From: an uncultured delta proteobacterium
GTDB taxonomy: Bacteria; Myxococcota; B64-G9
Length of the DNA stretch: 64,000 nucleotides
Assembly: GCA_963754925.1 (NCBI GenBank)
Contig: CAVWHX010000004.1
Coordinates: 544,001-608,000, forward strand
Reading direction: 5' to 3'
The number at the start of each line of letters is the position of its first letter. The first letter of the stretch is position 1. Of this stretch, positions 49,131-61,606 are shown in pieces. The notes below the pieces were generated by a model. It did no database searches. It saw nothing but the letters and a program-made list of their open reading frames with translations, and was not told where the DNA came from. The translations under genes were made by a program, and so were the position numbers.

Positions 49131-51007
49131 GCGAGACTCGTAAACCCAGTTATGATCCGCAGTGGCAGGAGAAGTATCGTGATATGCTTGCCACACCCGA
49201 GCAAGCAGTGCAAAAAATCCGTCCCGGCCAGCGCGTTTTCATCGGCACCGGTTGCGCCCAACCGCAAGAACTTGTGCGGGCGCTCACCGCTCGTTCGATC
49301 GAGCTGACCGATACACAAATAGTGCACCTGCTGACGCTCGGCGATGCGCCCTACGCCCACAAGGAGCTTACCCACAATTTCTCCGTGAACAGTTTCTTCA
49401 TTGCCGATAATGTCCGTGACGTTATCCAAGAAGGCCTGGGAGACTACACGCCGATTTTTCTCTCGGACATTCCGCGTCTGTTCGCTTCGGGCCAGTTGCC
49501 GCTTGATGCCGCCTTGATACAGGTCTCCCCGCCCGACGAGCGCGGATGGTGCAGCCTGGGAATCTCGGTCGACATCGTCAAGAGCGCGGCGGAAAACGCC
49601 GCGTTGGTTATCGCGCAGGTCAACCCCCAGATGCCCCGCACCCTGGGCGATAGTCTGCTCAATATCCAGGATTTTGATCTGTGTGTGCCGGTTGATCTGC
49701 CGCTGCTCGAAGCCAGGCCGGCCGTACCCGACGAGGTCTCGCGTCAGATTGCCATTCATGTCGCCAGTCTGATCGAAAATGGGGCCACGTTGGAGCTCGG
49801 TATCGGCCGCATCCCCCACAGTGTCTTGGAGTATCTGAAAGACCGAAAAGATCTGGGCATCCACACCGAGATGCTCTCCGATCCCATCATTGACCTGATC
49901 GAATCCGGGGCGGTTACCGGGGCCCATAAATCGGTTGACCGCGGCAAGATCGTGGCCAGCTTTTGCCTGGGCACCCGCAAACTCTACGATTACATCGACA
50001 ATAACCCGCTCTTTTCCTTTCATCCGACCGAATATGTCAACGATTCTTTCTTGATCGGCCAGCAACATAAGATGGTGGCGGTCAACATGGCCCTTGAAAT
50101 CGATCTCACCGGCCAGGTGTGCGCCGACTCGCTGGGCAGCAAGTTCTTTTCCGGAATCGGCGGGCAGGTGGACTTCAATAGAGGTGCGGCCCGCTCGGAA
50201 GGCGGCAAACCCATCGTCGCCCTTCCGTCCACCGCGAAAGGCGGCACTATCTCTCGAATCGTATGCCAGCTCAGCCCCGGCGCCGGGGTGGTGACCACCC
50301 GCGGCAGCGTGCACTATGTGGTGACGGAATACGGCGTGGCGTATCTCCATGGCAAGAACGTTCAGGAGCGCGCGCTTGCCTTGATCAGTATCGCTCACCC
50401 GGATTTTCGCGCCGAGCTGCTCAAGCGGGCGATCGAGGCCAAGTACCTGCGCCCCGAACTTTCCGACATCGAGGATCGCATTTGGGTTGGGCCGCCGGAA
50501 CTCCGCACAACGTATTTGCTCGACAACGGTACGCAGATCAATTTCAGGCCGATTCATCCCACCGACGAACCGGCGATGAAGGACTTGTTCTACGCTCTTT
50601 CACGCGAGTCGATCTACCGCCGTTTCATGGCTCACCTCAAACGGGTCTCGCACAAGCAGGTTAAGAATTTCGTCTATGTCGACCACCGCACCGAGGTGTC
50701 AATCGTGGGCACCGTGCCCGAGGCGTACGGCGAGGAGATCATCGTGGTCGGCGGCTACTACCTCGATCCCAAGACCAATCGCGCCGAGGTGGCTTTCACC
50801 GTGCGCGACGACTGGCAAAACAAAGGGATTGGTTCGTTCCTGCTGCGTTACTTAATCACCATCGCGCGGAGCAACGGCATCGCCGGTTTTACTGCCGAGG
50901 TGCTGCGCGAGAACAGGCCCATGCAAGCGGTATTCAACAAAAGTCCCTGCAAGGTCAAAAGCTTCCTCACCAGCGACGTCTATAGCTTTGAGCTGGAGTT
51001 CGCATAG
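49127..51007 (+). CDS. Acetyl-CoA hydrolase/CoA-transferase fused to a C-terminal GNAT
   Basis: VSPPD, LELGIGRIP, GIHTEM, SGIGGQVDF, VVTEYG; GNAT segment RPIHPTD..AEVAFTVRDDWQNKGIG..N..M. Confidence 0.9.
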   Translation: MSETRKPSYDPQWQEKYRDMLATPEQAVQKIRPGQRVFIGTGCAQPQELVRALTARSIELTDTQIVHLLTLGDAPYAHKELTHNFSVNSFFIADNVRDVIQEGLGDYTPIFLSDIPRLFASGQLPLDAALIQVSPPDERGWCSLGISVDIVKSAAENAALVIAQVNPQMPRTLGDSLLNIQDFDLCVPVDLPLLEARPAVPDEVSRQIAIHVASLIENGATLELGIGRIPHSVLEYLKDRKDLGIHTEMLSDPIIDLIESGAVTGAHKSVDRGKIVASFCLGTRKLYDYIDNNPLFSFHPTEYVNDSFLIGQQHKMVAVNMALEIDLTGQVCADSLGSKFFSGIGGQVDFNRGAARSEGGKPIVALPSTAKGGTISRIVCQLSPGAGVVTTRGSVHYVVTEYGVAYLHGKNVQERALALISIAHPDFRAELLKRAIEAKYLRPELSDIEDRIWVGPPELRTTYLLDNGTQINFRPIHPTDEPAMKDLFYALSRESIYRRFMAHLKRVSHKQVKNFVYVDHRTEVSIVGTVPEAYGEEIIVVGGYYLDPKTNRAEVAFTVRDDWQNKGIGSFLLRYLITIARSNGIAGFTAEVLRENRPMQAVFNKSPCKVKSFLTSDVYSFELEFA

Positions 51008-51087
51008 TCTTGGCGTTTAGGTTCACTCTCAGGCCGGTTCTCTTGAGGCTATAAGAAACGTATCTGAAAAATATTACTCTGAACAAG

Positions 51088-51816
51088 TCACTTCGACGTT
51101 CCGAAATTTCTATGTCGCCATCGTACCTTGATCACATCAAGAAACATTTTCGGAGGATCTCTAAAAACTCTGACTTTAGAGCGTTCGTCATTGAGCCATA
51201 CAACGGGCACTTCTGCAACGTTTAGTCCGAGTTTACGAGCCAATAGCAACACTTCAACATCAAATGCAAAACCGTCCACCGTAGACCTTTCAAAGATGGA
51301 TCGAGCGGCATCTCGGCGATATAACTTGAACCCACATTGTGTATCCAGGTAGCCAGGTACACCACTGAGACGAGCCAGCACGTTGAAGAACCGCCCCATC
51401 AGCACACGGTACCAAGGCTGTCGGCGGGCTATGTTGGCTCCCTCAATAGAGCGAGATCCGATGACAACAGGAGCCTGTTCCGTGGCGGCAAGCAGTTTTT
51501 CAACGTCTTGGATAGGTGTTGACAAGTCAACATCCGAACAAAGAATCCATTCCAGCTTCGCGGCCAGAACACCCTGGCGGGTGGCGGCTCCTTTGCCTCG
51601 GTTCTGCGGCAGCTTAATCAACCTAAGAAGAGGCCACCGTTGCGTCATTGCGAATACGATTTTTGCTGTGTTGTCTTTACTCCCGTCGTCAACTACGATA
51701 ACTTCATAATCCGGAACGTTAGCTATACAATACTCACGCGTGCGATTAAGTGATTTTTCAATCCGTTCTTCTTCATTAAACGCTGGAAAGACGATCGATA
51801 GCGGTACTTTCTTCAT
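51088..51816 (-). CDS. GT2 polyprenol-phosphate glycosyltransferase
   Basis: PAFNEE, VDDGSKD, NRGKG, DVDLS, DTQCGFK and FDVEVL. Confidence 0.9.
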   Translation of the reverse strand: MKKVPLSIVFPAFNEEERIEKSLNRTREYCIANVPDYEVIVVDDGSKDNTAKIVFAMTQRWPLLRLIKLPQNRGKGAATRQGVLAAKLEWILCSDVDLSTPIQDVEKLLAATEQAPVVIGSRSIEGANIARRQPWYRVLMGRFFNVLARLSGVPGYLDTQCGFKLYRRDAARSIFERSTVDGFAFDVEVLLLARKLGLNVAEVPVVWLNDERSKVRVFRDPPKMFLDVIKVRWRHRNFGTSK

Positions 51817-51886
51817 ATAATTCGGATAGCAGAGAAACTTTTTTCCAGCAACTCTTTCGAGCAAAGAAAATATCGTGCGGTATTTT

Positions 51887-52777
51887 CTAAAAGAAGCGTT
51901 TCAAGAGATTCCAGGCAATCGCCACCAGTGAACCGCCAAGGATATTTTTATCATGGCCCATCTCTGACTCCGTCATCAAGATTGTTTCCCCATGGCTCAG
52001 GTAACGTTTAGACTCAAGCAAACGGACTTCTTCTTCAAGAGCCCGTTTTTCCTTGAGGGCTGCTTTCTGAAGCCCGCCGTCTGAGATGAATGTCAGGATC
52101 CTATTCAACTCGTCAGCATCAAACCAAGTTCCGTGTTCCCGGCAAATATCGACCACCACGCCCGAGTAACGGCCGAAGTTTTGGCGATTCATGATCGTAT
52201 TGCACATGGGGCATCGAATATACCCCTGCGTGGGTACCTTATCCTTGAATTGGTTTGCTGCGGTTGCCGTCTTGTCCTGATTCACTGCCTTCGGCCGAGG
52301 AGCGGTCATCTGCGTGATGGCGACCGCCTGATCTCTATCCCGGTATATCTTTTCTAATGTTTCACGATCCACCCACATACCTTCACATTGTGCGCAGCGC
52401 TCAAGCGGATTACTTCCAACCACCTCGACCTGCAACAGCTGGTCTTTGCAGCGCGGGCAGGCATGCTGAGTTTGGCTTCCGTGGACAATCAGCCTACCGG
52501 CAAGCGCTTCTCCGCAATGGGGGCAATACGCTACCCCTGCAAAGGTCGCCCCGAAGCAATTGGGGCACAGGCCGGTAGCCAGCCGTGTGTCGCAAAAAGA
52601 ACATCGGCCTGCGATCGGATCAACCGGTGCCCCACACGCCGGACAGTTTATTTTGCCCGCTTCAGTTGGGCCCGCAGGCACGAGAATCGTGAGTCCACAC
52701 GGGCAACGAATGGTTTCGCCGGGGGAAGCCGCCCCAGAATCGATATGTCGCTTGCAGCGAGTACAAACGATAATCAT
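51887..52777 (-). CDS. Multi zinc-ribbon (zf-TFIIB-like) protein
   Basis: Many CxxC pairs; C..CEGMWVD.E and DIC..HGTWFDADEL. Confidence 0.8.
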   Translation of the reverse strand: MIIVCTRCKRHIDSGAASPGETIRCPCGLTILVPAGPTEAGKINCPACGAPVDPIAGRCSFCDTRLATGLCPNCFGATFAGVAYCPHCGEALAGRLIVHGSQTQHACPRCKDQLLQVEVVGSNPLERCAQCEGMWVDRETLEKIYRDRDQAVAITQMTAPRPKAVNQDKTATAANQFKDKVPTQGYIRCPMCNTIMNRQNFGRYSGVVVDICREHGTWFDADELNRILTFISDGGLQKAALKEKRALEEEVRLLESKRYLSHGETILMTESEMGHDKNILGGSLVAIAWNLLKRFF

Positions 52778-52991
52778 GTCGATAGATCCTGTCCTCAATC
52801 TCCCCTACCATTGATACTACAAAAGCGAGTTGATTTTCCAGATAATCGCCGCCTAACGATCCGCAGGTGATATTAAAAAAGCTCGACTTGGGATTTAAAT
52901 TAGGGTAGGCAGCGTTTCACGGTTTGTGAGGGAACTGAACCTATAGGATTATTAAGTTCTGGGCCAACCATTTTGAGAAAGGAGACACCGT

Positions 52992-53225
52992 ATGGATCAA
53001 CATACCGGTGAGCTCAAACGAAAAGTTAGAGACTCTTACGAACGAAGTGAGTTAGAGTCTCTTATCCCCTTGGGGGTCAGAGACTCCGACGACGAGGATG
53101 ACGATGAGTTTGATGATGAAGACCTCGATGAAGAGGACGAAGAATATGAGGATGAAGATGAAGATTTCGATGAAGAGGACGAGGATTACGATGATGAAGA
53201 TGAAGATTTCGATGAAGACGCATGA
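52992..53225 (+). CDS. Small hyper-acidic protein carrying an in-frame repeat insertion
   Basis: RBS GAAAGGAG; Asp/Glu-rich C-terminal half. Confidence 0.65.
   Translation: MDQHTGELKRKVRDSYERSELESLIPLGVRDSDDEDDDEFDDEDLDEEDEEYEDEDEDFDEEDEDYDDEDEDFDEDA
53026..53086 (+). repeat. TAGAG double-hairpin element inside a CDS
   Basis: TTAGAGACTC-TTACGAACGAAGTGAGTTA-GAGTCTCTTATCCCC-TTG-GGGG-TCAGAGACTC. Confidence 0.9.
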
Positions 53226-53340
53226 GTCCTAGGGTTGAAACCCGAGGCTATACCCCCTCGCTGCTGCGCAGCTAACCCATAGCTGACACCGATACAAACA
53301 GGATAGGTTTCCTGTTCTAAACGCTGCGAACCAGCGAAGG

Positions 53341-53398
53341 TTAGAGACTCTTACGAACGACGTGAGTTAGAGTCTCTTATCCCTGAGGGGGAATAGAG
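53341..53398 (+). repeat. TAGAG double-hairpin element overlapping the mutM stop
   Basis: Nearly identical to 53026..53076. Confidence 0.9.
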
Positions 53399-54225
53399 CT
53401 TGTGGGTTCAACCCCAGGAACTTGGCAGCGTGGACAAATACGGGTACCGCGCTGGGCCACTCGAAAATAAACAATCGCCGTTTTGCAACGCCGGCATGGT
53501 TGACCCTCATGGCCGTAGACGCGTAGGGACTGCTGCATACGGCCGCCGGGATAGACCTCATCAAAGGAGGTACCGTTGTTTTGGATGGCCTCTCGCAACA
53601 CGTGTACGATAGCTCGGCGCAAGGAGCGGATGGCCGTATCGCTCAGTCGATCCGTGCGCTCAAGGGGGTGCAGTCGTGCACGAAACAACGCCTCGTCAGT
53701 ATAGATATTTCCGAGGCCAGCGATGAGTGTTTGATCGAGCAGAAGGGGCTTTAGTTTTCGCGCGCTTTTCGAAAACAACGCCCGGAGCGCCGATACGGTA
53801 AAGGTAGGTCCCAGCGGTTCAAGACCGAGTCTCCGATCCAGTTCGTTCATAGTTGGAATCAGCTCGATGCGTCCAAACTTGCGCGCGTCGCAAAACAGCA
53901 GACGCCCGCCCCGGTCAAACTCCCAGAAAGCGCGGAGGTGCTCCGGCTCTTCGGTAGCGGCGCTCTCCCAGAGGATGCGACCACTCATGCGCAGATGAAC
54001 CGCCAAGACGCCGATAGACCGGTTTCGTCCGCCCAGGTGGAACACAATCCACTTCCCCCGCCGAGTGACCTGAGTAATCGTAGCCCCTTGGAGGGCGCGC
54101 TGAACCACGGTGATGTTCGGCTTTATTTGGCGTTTCCAGCTAGCGCGAAAGCGACGAATGGTACGTCCGACTACTCGCGTGCGCAGGTCGCGGGTGATGA
54201 TTTCAACTTCGGGGAGTTCAGGCAT
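53377..54225 (-). CDS. mutM: Formamidopyrimidine-DNA glycosylase
   Basis: MPELPEVE, RRGK, HLRMSG, DARKFG, GLGNIYTDE and zinc finger CRRC..CPRCQ. Confidence 0.97.
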   Translation of the reverse strand: MPELPEVEIITRDLRTRVVGRTIRRFRASWKRQIKPNITVVQRALQGATITQVTRRGKWIVFHLGGRNRSIGVLAVHLRMSGRILWESAATEEPEHLRAFWEFDRGGRLLFCDARKFGRIELIPTMNELDRRLGLEPLGPTFTVSALRALFSKSARKLKPLLLDQTLIAGLGNIYTDEALFRARLHPLERTDRLSDTAIRSLRRAIVHVLREAIQNNGTSFDEVYPGGRMQQSLRVYGHEGQPCRRCKTAIVYFRVAQRGTRICPRCQVPGVEPTSSIPPQG

Positions 54226-54252
54226 ACAACCTTCGAAGCTGGGTCGGGGCGC

Positions 54253-54639
54253 TTAGGTCTTCCCGTCTTTGCGGGCCCGGGATAGGTTGCGGTCAACAAT
54301 TTGCTCGATAAGTTGCATCGAGTTTTGATCGAAATTAACGAACTCAACACCCATCCCGCATGAACCTTTGTTTTTCCCATCCGGATCGGGGCGATTAACA
54401 CGCACCACCTTACCCAGGCCCTCGATGAGCTTGGAGCCGTCCTTAAGATAAAATTGTAAATATATGAGGGTACCCTCTTCGCGAATCTCCTCAGTGCGGA
54501 TGAACATACCGCCGATGCTGATGTCGGTCGAGTACTCTGCTAAAAAGTCATCGAGGGTGTCGAAGCGGTACTGGATCAACAACGATAGCGGCACACGCTG
54601 GTAGCGGCGGCGCTCTGAACTGTCGCCTTTTTTTCCCAT
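54253..54639 (-). CDS. PilZ domain protein (myxobacterial TIGR02266-like)
   Basis: ERRRYQR, DISIGGMFI, GKVVRVN and GMGVEF. Confidence 0.88.
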   Translation of the reverse strand: MGKKGDSSERRRYQRVPLSLLIQYRFDTLDDFLAEYSTDISIGGMFIRTEEIREEGTLIYLQFYLKDGSKLIEGLGKVVRVNRPDPDGKNKGSCGMGVEFVNFDQNSMQLIEQIVDRNLSRARKDGKT

Positions 54640-54834
54640 GGGGCCTCCCAACTTCATTTTTCCACATGACGTTTCCTATCATAGAACACCCTCGTCGTAT
54701 TGGTCAAGTTGCGGAAGGCTTGTGTGCCGACGATTGACAAGCGGAACGTCGAAGGATAGGTTGCGTTCTTGTTTGACCCTTGACGTCATAGTGAAGAGTG
54801 GTTGGCCGATTGCACTGAAGTAGGAGGACTATCG

Positions 54835-55782
54835 ATGCCAGGCATTGGAATTGTTTGCAATCCAAATGCAGGAAAGCACAACTCCTACAGAAAGCAACTC
54901 GGCGAGCGCCTGGCCTCGTGCGTCGGTGCCAACGGGACCGTGCGCGAGACCAGCTCGGTGGATGAGATCGACCAGGTTGCCAAGGACTTTTTGTCCAACA
55001 ACATCGACATCCTCGGCATTAGCGGCGGAGATGGGTCTAATCATTTCACCCTCTCCACGTTTATCAAGGTCTATAACGACGCGCCGCTGCCAAAAGTGGC
55101 TTTTTTATGCGGCGGGACGCATAACGCCCACGCCGCTTCGATCGGCATTCGCGGCACTCCCGAAAAATTGCTTGAGAATATTGCGGGTAAATACCATGAC
55201 GGTGAATCGTTTGAACTCATCCACCGAAATATTTTGCGAGTCAACGACGGCAGCGCGGTTCGGTATGGTTTCACGCTGGCGACCGGCTTCATGCACCGCT
55301 TTATGGAAGACCTCGTCGTACACCAGGGCGATTCGGTCGTTAAAACCGCCCGGAAGTTATCTTCCTGGATCGGCTCATGGATAATCCATGGCGAAAAGAT
55401 TCGAAAAGCCTTTGAGCCTCAGCCTGCCCGGGTGATCGTTGACCATCAATGCTTGGCGTGGGAGCGCATCAACGGCATCTCCGCTTCGGCCATGGAACGG
55501 CTAGGGCTCGGCTTCACCCCCTACCTTCGCGCCGGCGACAAACCCGGCTACTTTCCCTTCAGCGTCATGCGCGTCTCACCGAGCACGTTTGTTACAAAAC
55601 TGATGTGGGACTACAAAAAAAGCAGGATTCCTACCCACCCCGATCAAATCAATGATATATGCACTTCAATACTCCTGGAGGCGCAATCACCGGTGGGGTA
55701 CGTCCTTGATGGAGAGATCTACAGCGGTTCACCCCGCATAGAGGTCACCACCGGGCCAGGCTTTGATTTGATAGTCCGGTAA
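54835..55782 (+). CDS. Diacylglycerol/sphingosine kinase family protein
   Basis: NPNAG, GGDGS, GGTHNA and YVLDGE. Confidence 0.85.
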   Translation: MPGIGIVCNPNAGKHNSYRKQLGERLASCVGANGTVRETSSVDEIDQVAKDFLSNNIDILGISGGDGSNHFTLSTFIKVYNDAPLPKVAFLCGGTHNAHAASIGIRGTPEKLLENIAGKYHDGESFELIHRNILRVNDGSAVRYGFTLATGFMHRFMEDLVVHQGDSVVKTARKLSSWIGSWIIHGEKIRKAFEPQPARVIVDHQCLAWERINGISASAMERLGLGFTPYLRAGDKPGYFPFSVMRVSPSTFVTKLMWDYKKSRIPTHPDQINDICTSILLEAQSPVGYVLDGEIYSGSPRIEVTTGPGFDLIVR

Positions 55783-55829
55783 CGAAAGAAGCAATTGCAG
55801 CATTGCCTATGTGTTGTCATCCCCGCGAA

Positions 55830-55880
55830 CCCCTAAAGGGATAAGAGACGGTATCTCCCTTCGGTCGTAACAGTCTCTAA
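55830..55880 (-). repeat. TAGAG double-hairpin element within a GTCAT...ATGAC REP-like remnant
   Basis: CCCCTAAAGGGATAAGAGACGG..CCCTTCGGTCGTAACAGTCTCTAA, flanked by GTCATCCCCGCG and CGCGAGAATGAC. Confidence 0.8.
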
Positions 55881-55954
55881 CCGCACGCCGCTTGCGCGAG
55901 AATGACGAGTATGCGGATCCCGTTCAGCGCGAAGAATTTTATCTACGCATCTTT

Positions 55955-56371
55955 CTATTTGGCAAGCTTGGCAACTCTAAGGCGAGTCTCTGCGCGGGCG
56001 AGGTGCTCCTGCACATGAACCATACTGGATTCGTCCGTCGTTTTGATGGCGTTCGCGAGGTTTTTCCTGGCCTCTTCGTAGTCCCTGGTAGCGCGTTCCA
56101 CATCAATATCTTCGGGGCGCTCAAGCGAATCGGCAAGCACCGTCACGCCGTCCCGATAGACTTCGACAAATCCGCCACCAATAGCGCATGAAAAAGACCG
56201 GTCGTTTTGAACATAGCGCACCACGCCTGGGATCAACGTTGACACCAGCCGGGCGTGACCCGCCAGCACCCCCAGCTCACCCTCCTCGCCGGGAACAATC
56301 ACACCGTCGACCGCATCCTCAAAAACGCTACGATCAGGGGTCAGCAACCTGAGCTTGAAAGTCTTGGCCAC
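55955..56371 (-). CDS. atpC: ATP synthase F1 epsilon
   Basis: LLTPD, PGEEGELGVLAGH, GGFVEV and DIDVERA. Confidence 0.95.
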   Translation of the reverse strand: MAKTFKLRLLTPDRSVFEDAVDGVIVPGEEGELGVLAGHARLVSTLIPGVVRYVQNDRSFSCAIGGGFVEVYRDGVTVLADSLERPEDIDVERATRDYEEARKNLANAIKTTDESSMVHVQEHLARAETRLRVAKLAK

Positions 56372-56382
56372 AATTGACTCCT

Positions 56383-58714
<2,332 letters not shown>

Positions 58715-58720
58715 GGGAAC

Positions 58721-60259
<1,539 letters not shown>

Positions 60260-60280
60260 GGCTCCCTCTTCCGAAAAAAG

Positions 60281-60823
60281 TTATGTCCGGTGTGTCAGCA
60301 AGCTCTCCCGCAGGCGGCGCAGCCCGGCTTGCACGCTGCCATCCACCACCAGGCTGCCCAATCGCACGGACATCCCGCCGATGAGCTGCGGGTTGACGCG
60401 CAATTCCATAAGGACCTCGCGGCCCAGCGACGTGCTGAGAGTATCGCGAAGCCCTTTCTTCGCCTGTGCATCGAGCGCTGTGGCGCTTTCAACGACAACG
60501 CGAACCCGATTTTTTTGTTGGTCGACATACTCGGCAAAGATCTCAATGATGCCCTCAAGTTGATTCATCCGGCGCCGCTCTGCCAAGAGTTCGAGAAAAC
60601 GATCGAGCGGGTGCTTTATCGCGAGCTTCTCAATAATCATTTTGAGGACCCGCATACGCTCGTTCTCCTGGAAAGCTGGGCTCTGCAGCACCTGACGTAA
60701 GCTTGGGTTCTGCTCGATCAGGTTGCCAAACTCGATCAAGCGATCGGCTATGGGCTGCGGATCAGCCTGCGTTAGGTCCATCAAAGCACGGGCGTAACGA
60801 CGAGCGACGCTGCGGTTGATCAC
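60281..60823 (-). CDS. atpH: ATP synthase F1 delta
   Basis: VARRYARAL and LIGG..VR.G..VVDGS; GTG start. Confidence 0.93.
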   Translation of the reverse strand: MINRSVARRYARALMDLTQADPQPIADRLIEFGNLIEQNPSLRQVLQSPAFQENERMRVLKMIIEKLAIKHPLDRFLELLAERRRMNQLEGIIEIFAEYVDQQKNRVRVVVESATALDAQAKKGLRDTLSTSLGREVLMELRVNPQLIGGMSVRLGSLVVDGSVQAGLRRLRESLLTHRT

Positions 60824-61003
60824 GGGTGCGATTCCTTTACTTCCCCCCAAACCGGGCGCAGTACACCATGGATTGACTCGTTCGTCAAGAAATATCTAAA
60901 GAGACGCCGGAGATCAGATAATTAGTTGTTATTTATTGTTAATTATATGACGCGGCCTGAAAAGATTTTCTCGAAAAATACCGCTACAACGGCCGGGCGG
61001 CCC

Positions 61004-61417
61004 TTAGAAATGCTCAGGTAGGTTGTCCCGAATAAACCGTACCAGCGCCTGTCGCTGCCCCTCATCGATGCCTGAAAAAACCAAGGCTATATCGTAACGG
61101 GCGCCGATAATCACCGCATTGCAGCGGACCACTTCGGCGAGGACAATCAGGGGACGAGTGGAAGGTGCTCCAAAGTGCTTTAAGAACGTTTTTGAGTACC
61201 GCTGCCAGCCGGAGATGTTCATCTCAATTTTTAACAGGGTCTTCTCCGGGAAGAACTTTTTAGACTCGATCTGGAGCCCGCCGCCAGAAATGTCCTTGAT
61301 CCGGGCGGACTCATACTGCCCCCGGTCCGGAAACGCAAACTCCTTAACCTGAATGACATCTGTGCGGTTGAGGCGCTCGAATTGACGGCGTTCTGGTTTG
61401 TTCTTTTTGGTCATCAA
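61004..61417 (-). CDS. PilZ domain protein
   Basis: ERRQFER, DISGGG and AEVVR. Confidence 0.85.
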   Translation of the reverse strand: MMTKKNKPERRQFERLNRTDVIQVKEFAFPDRGQYESARIKDISGGGLQIESKKFFPEKTLLKIEMNISGWQRYSKTFLKHFGAPSTRPLIVLAEVVRCNAVIIGARYDIALVFSGIDEGQRQALVRFIRDNLPEHF

Positions 61418-61546
61418 AGTTACTTTTATTTTTACATCAGAGATACGACGGAATCAAGCTTGTCTTTCATTCTGATGCGCGTGCCCTGGGCACGGTGAGG
61501 AACCTACCCAGAAAGCATTCGCCGCCATACATTCTAGGCGCACAAG

Positions 61547-61578
61547 AAAAGCGCCGGTCCAGGGATGGACCGGCGCTT
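61547..61578 (-). terminator. Intrinsic terminator after the Cys-rich lipoprotein gene
   Basis: AAGCGCCGGTCC/GGACCGGCGCTT stem followed by a T-tract on the minus strand. Confidence 0.7.
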
Positions 61579-61606
61579 GGATAGCCTTAACTTCTTAGTT
61601 AGGACA

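Noticed and set aside
53085..53222. GA(T/C/A/G) low-complexity tract as a microsatellite
   Set aside because: Explained by Asp/Glu codons of the acidic ORF.
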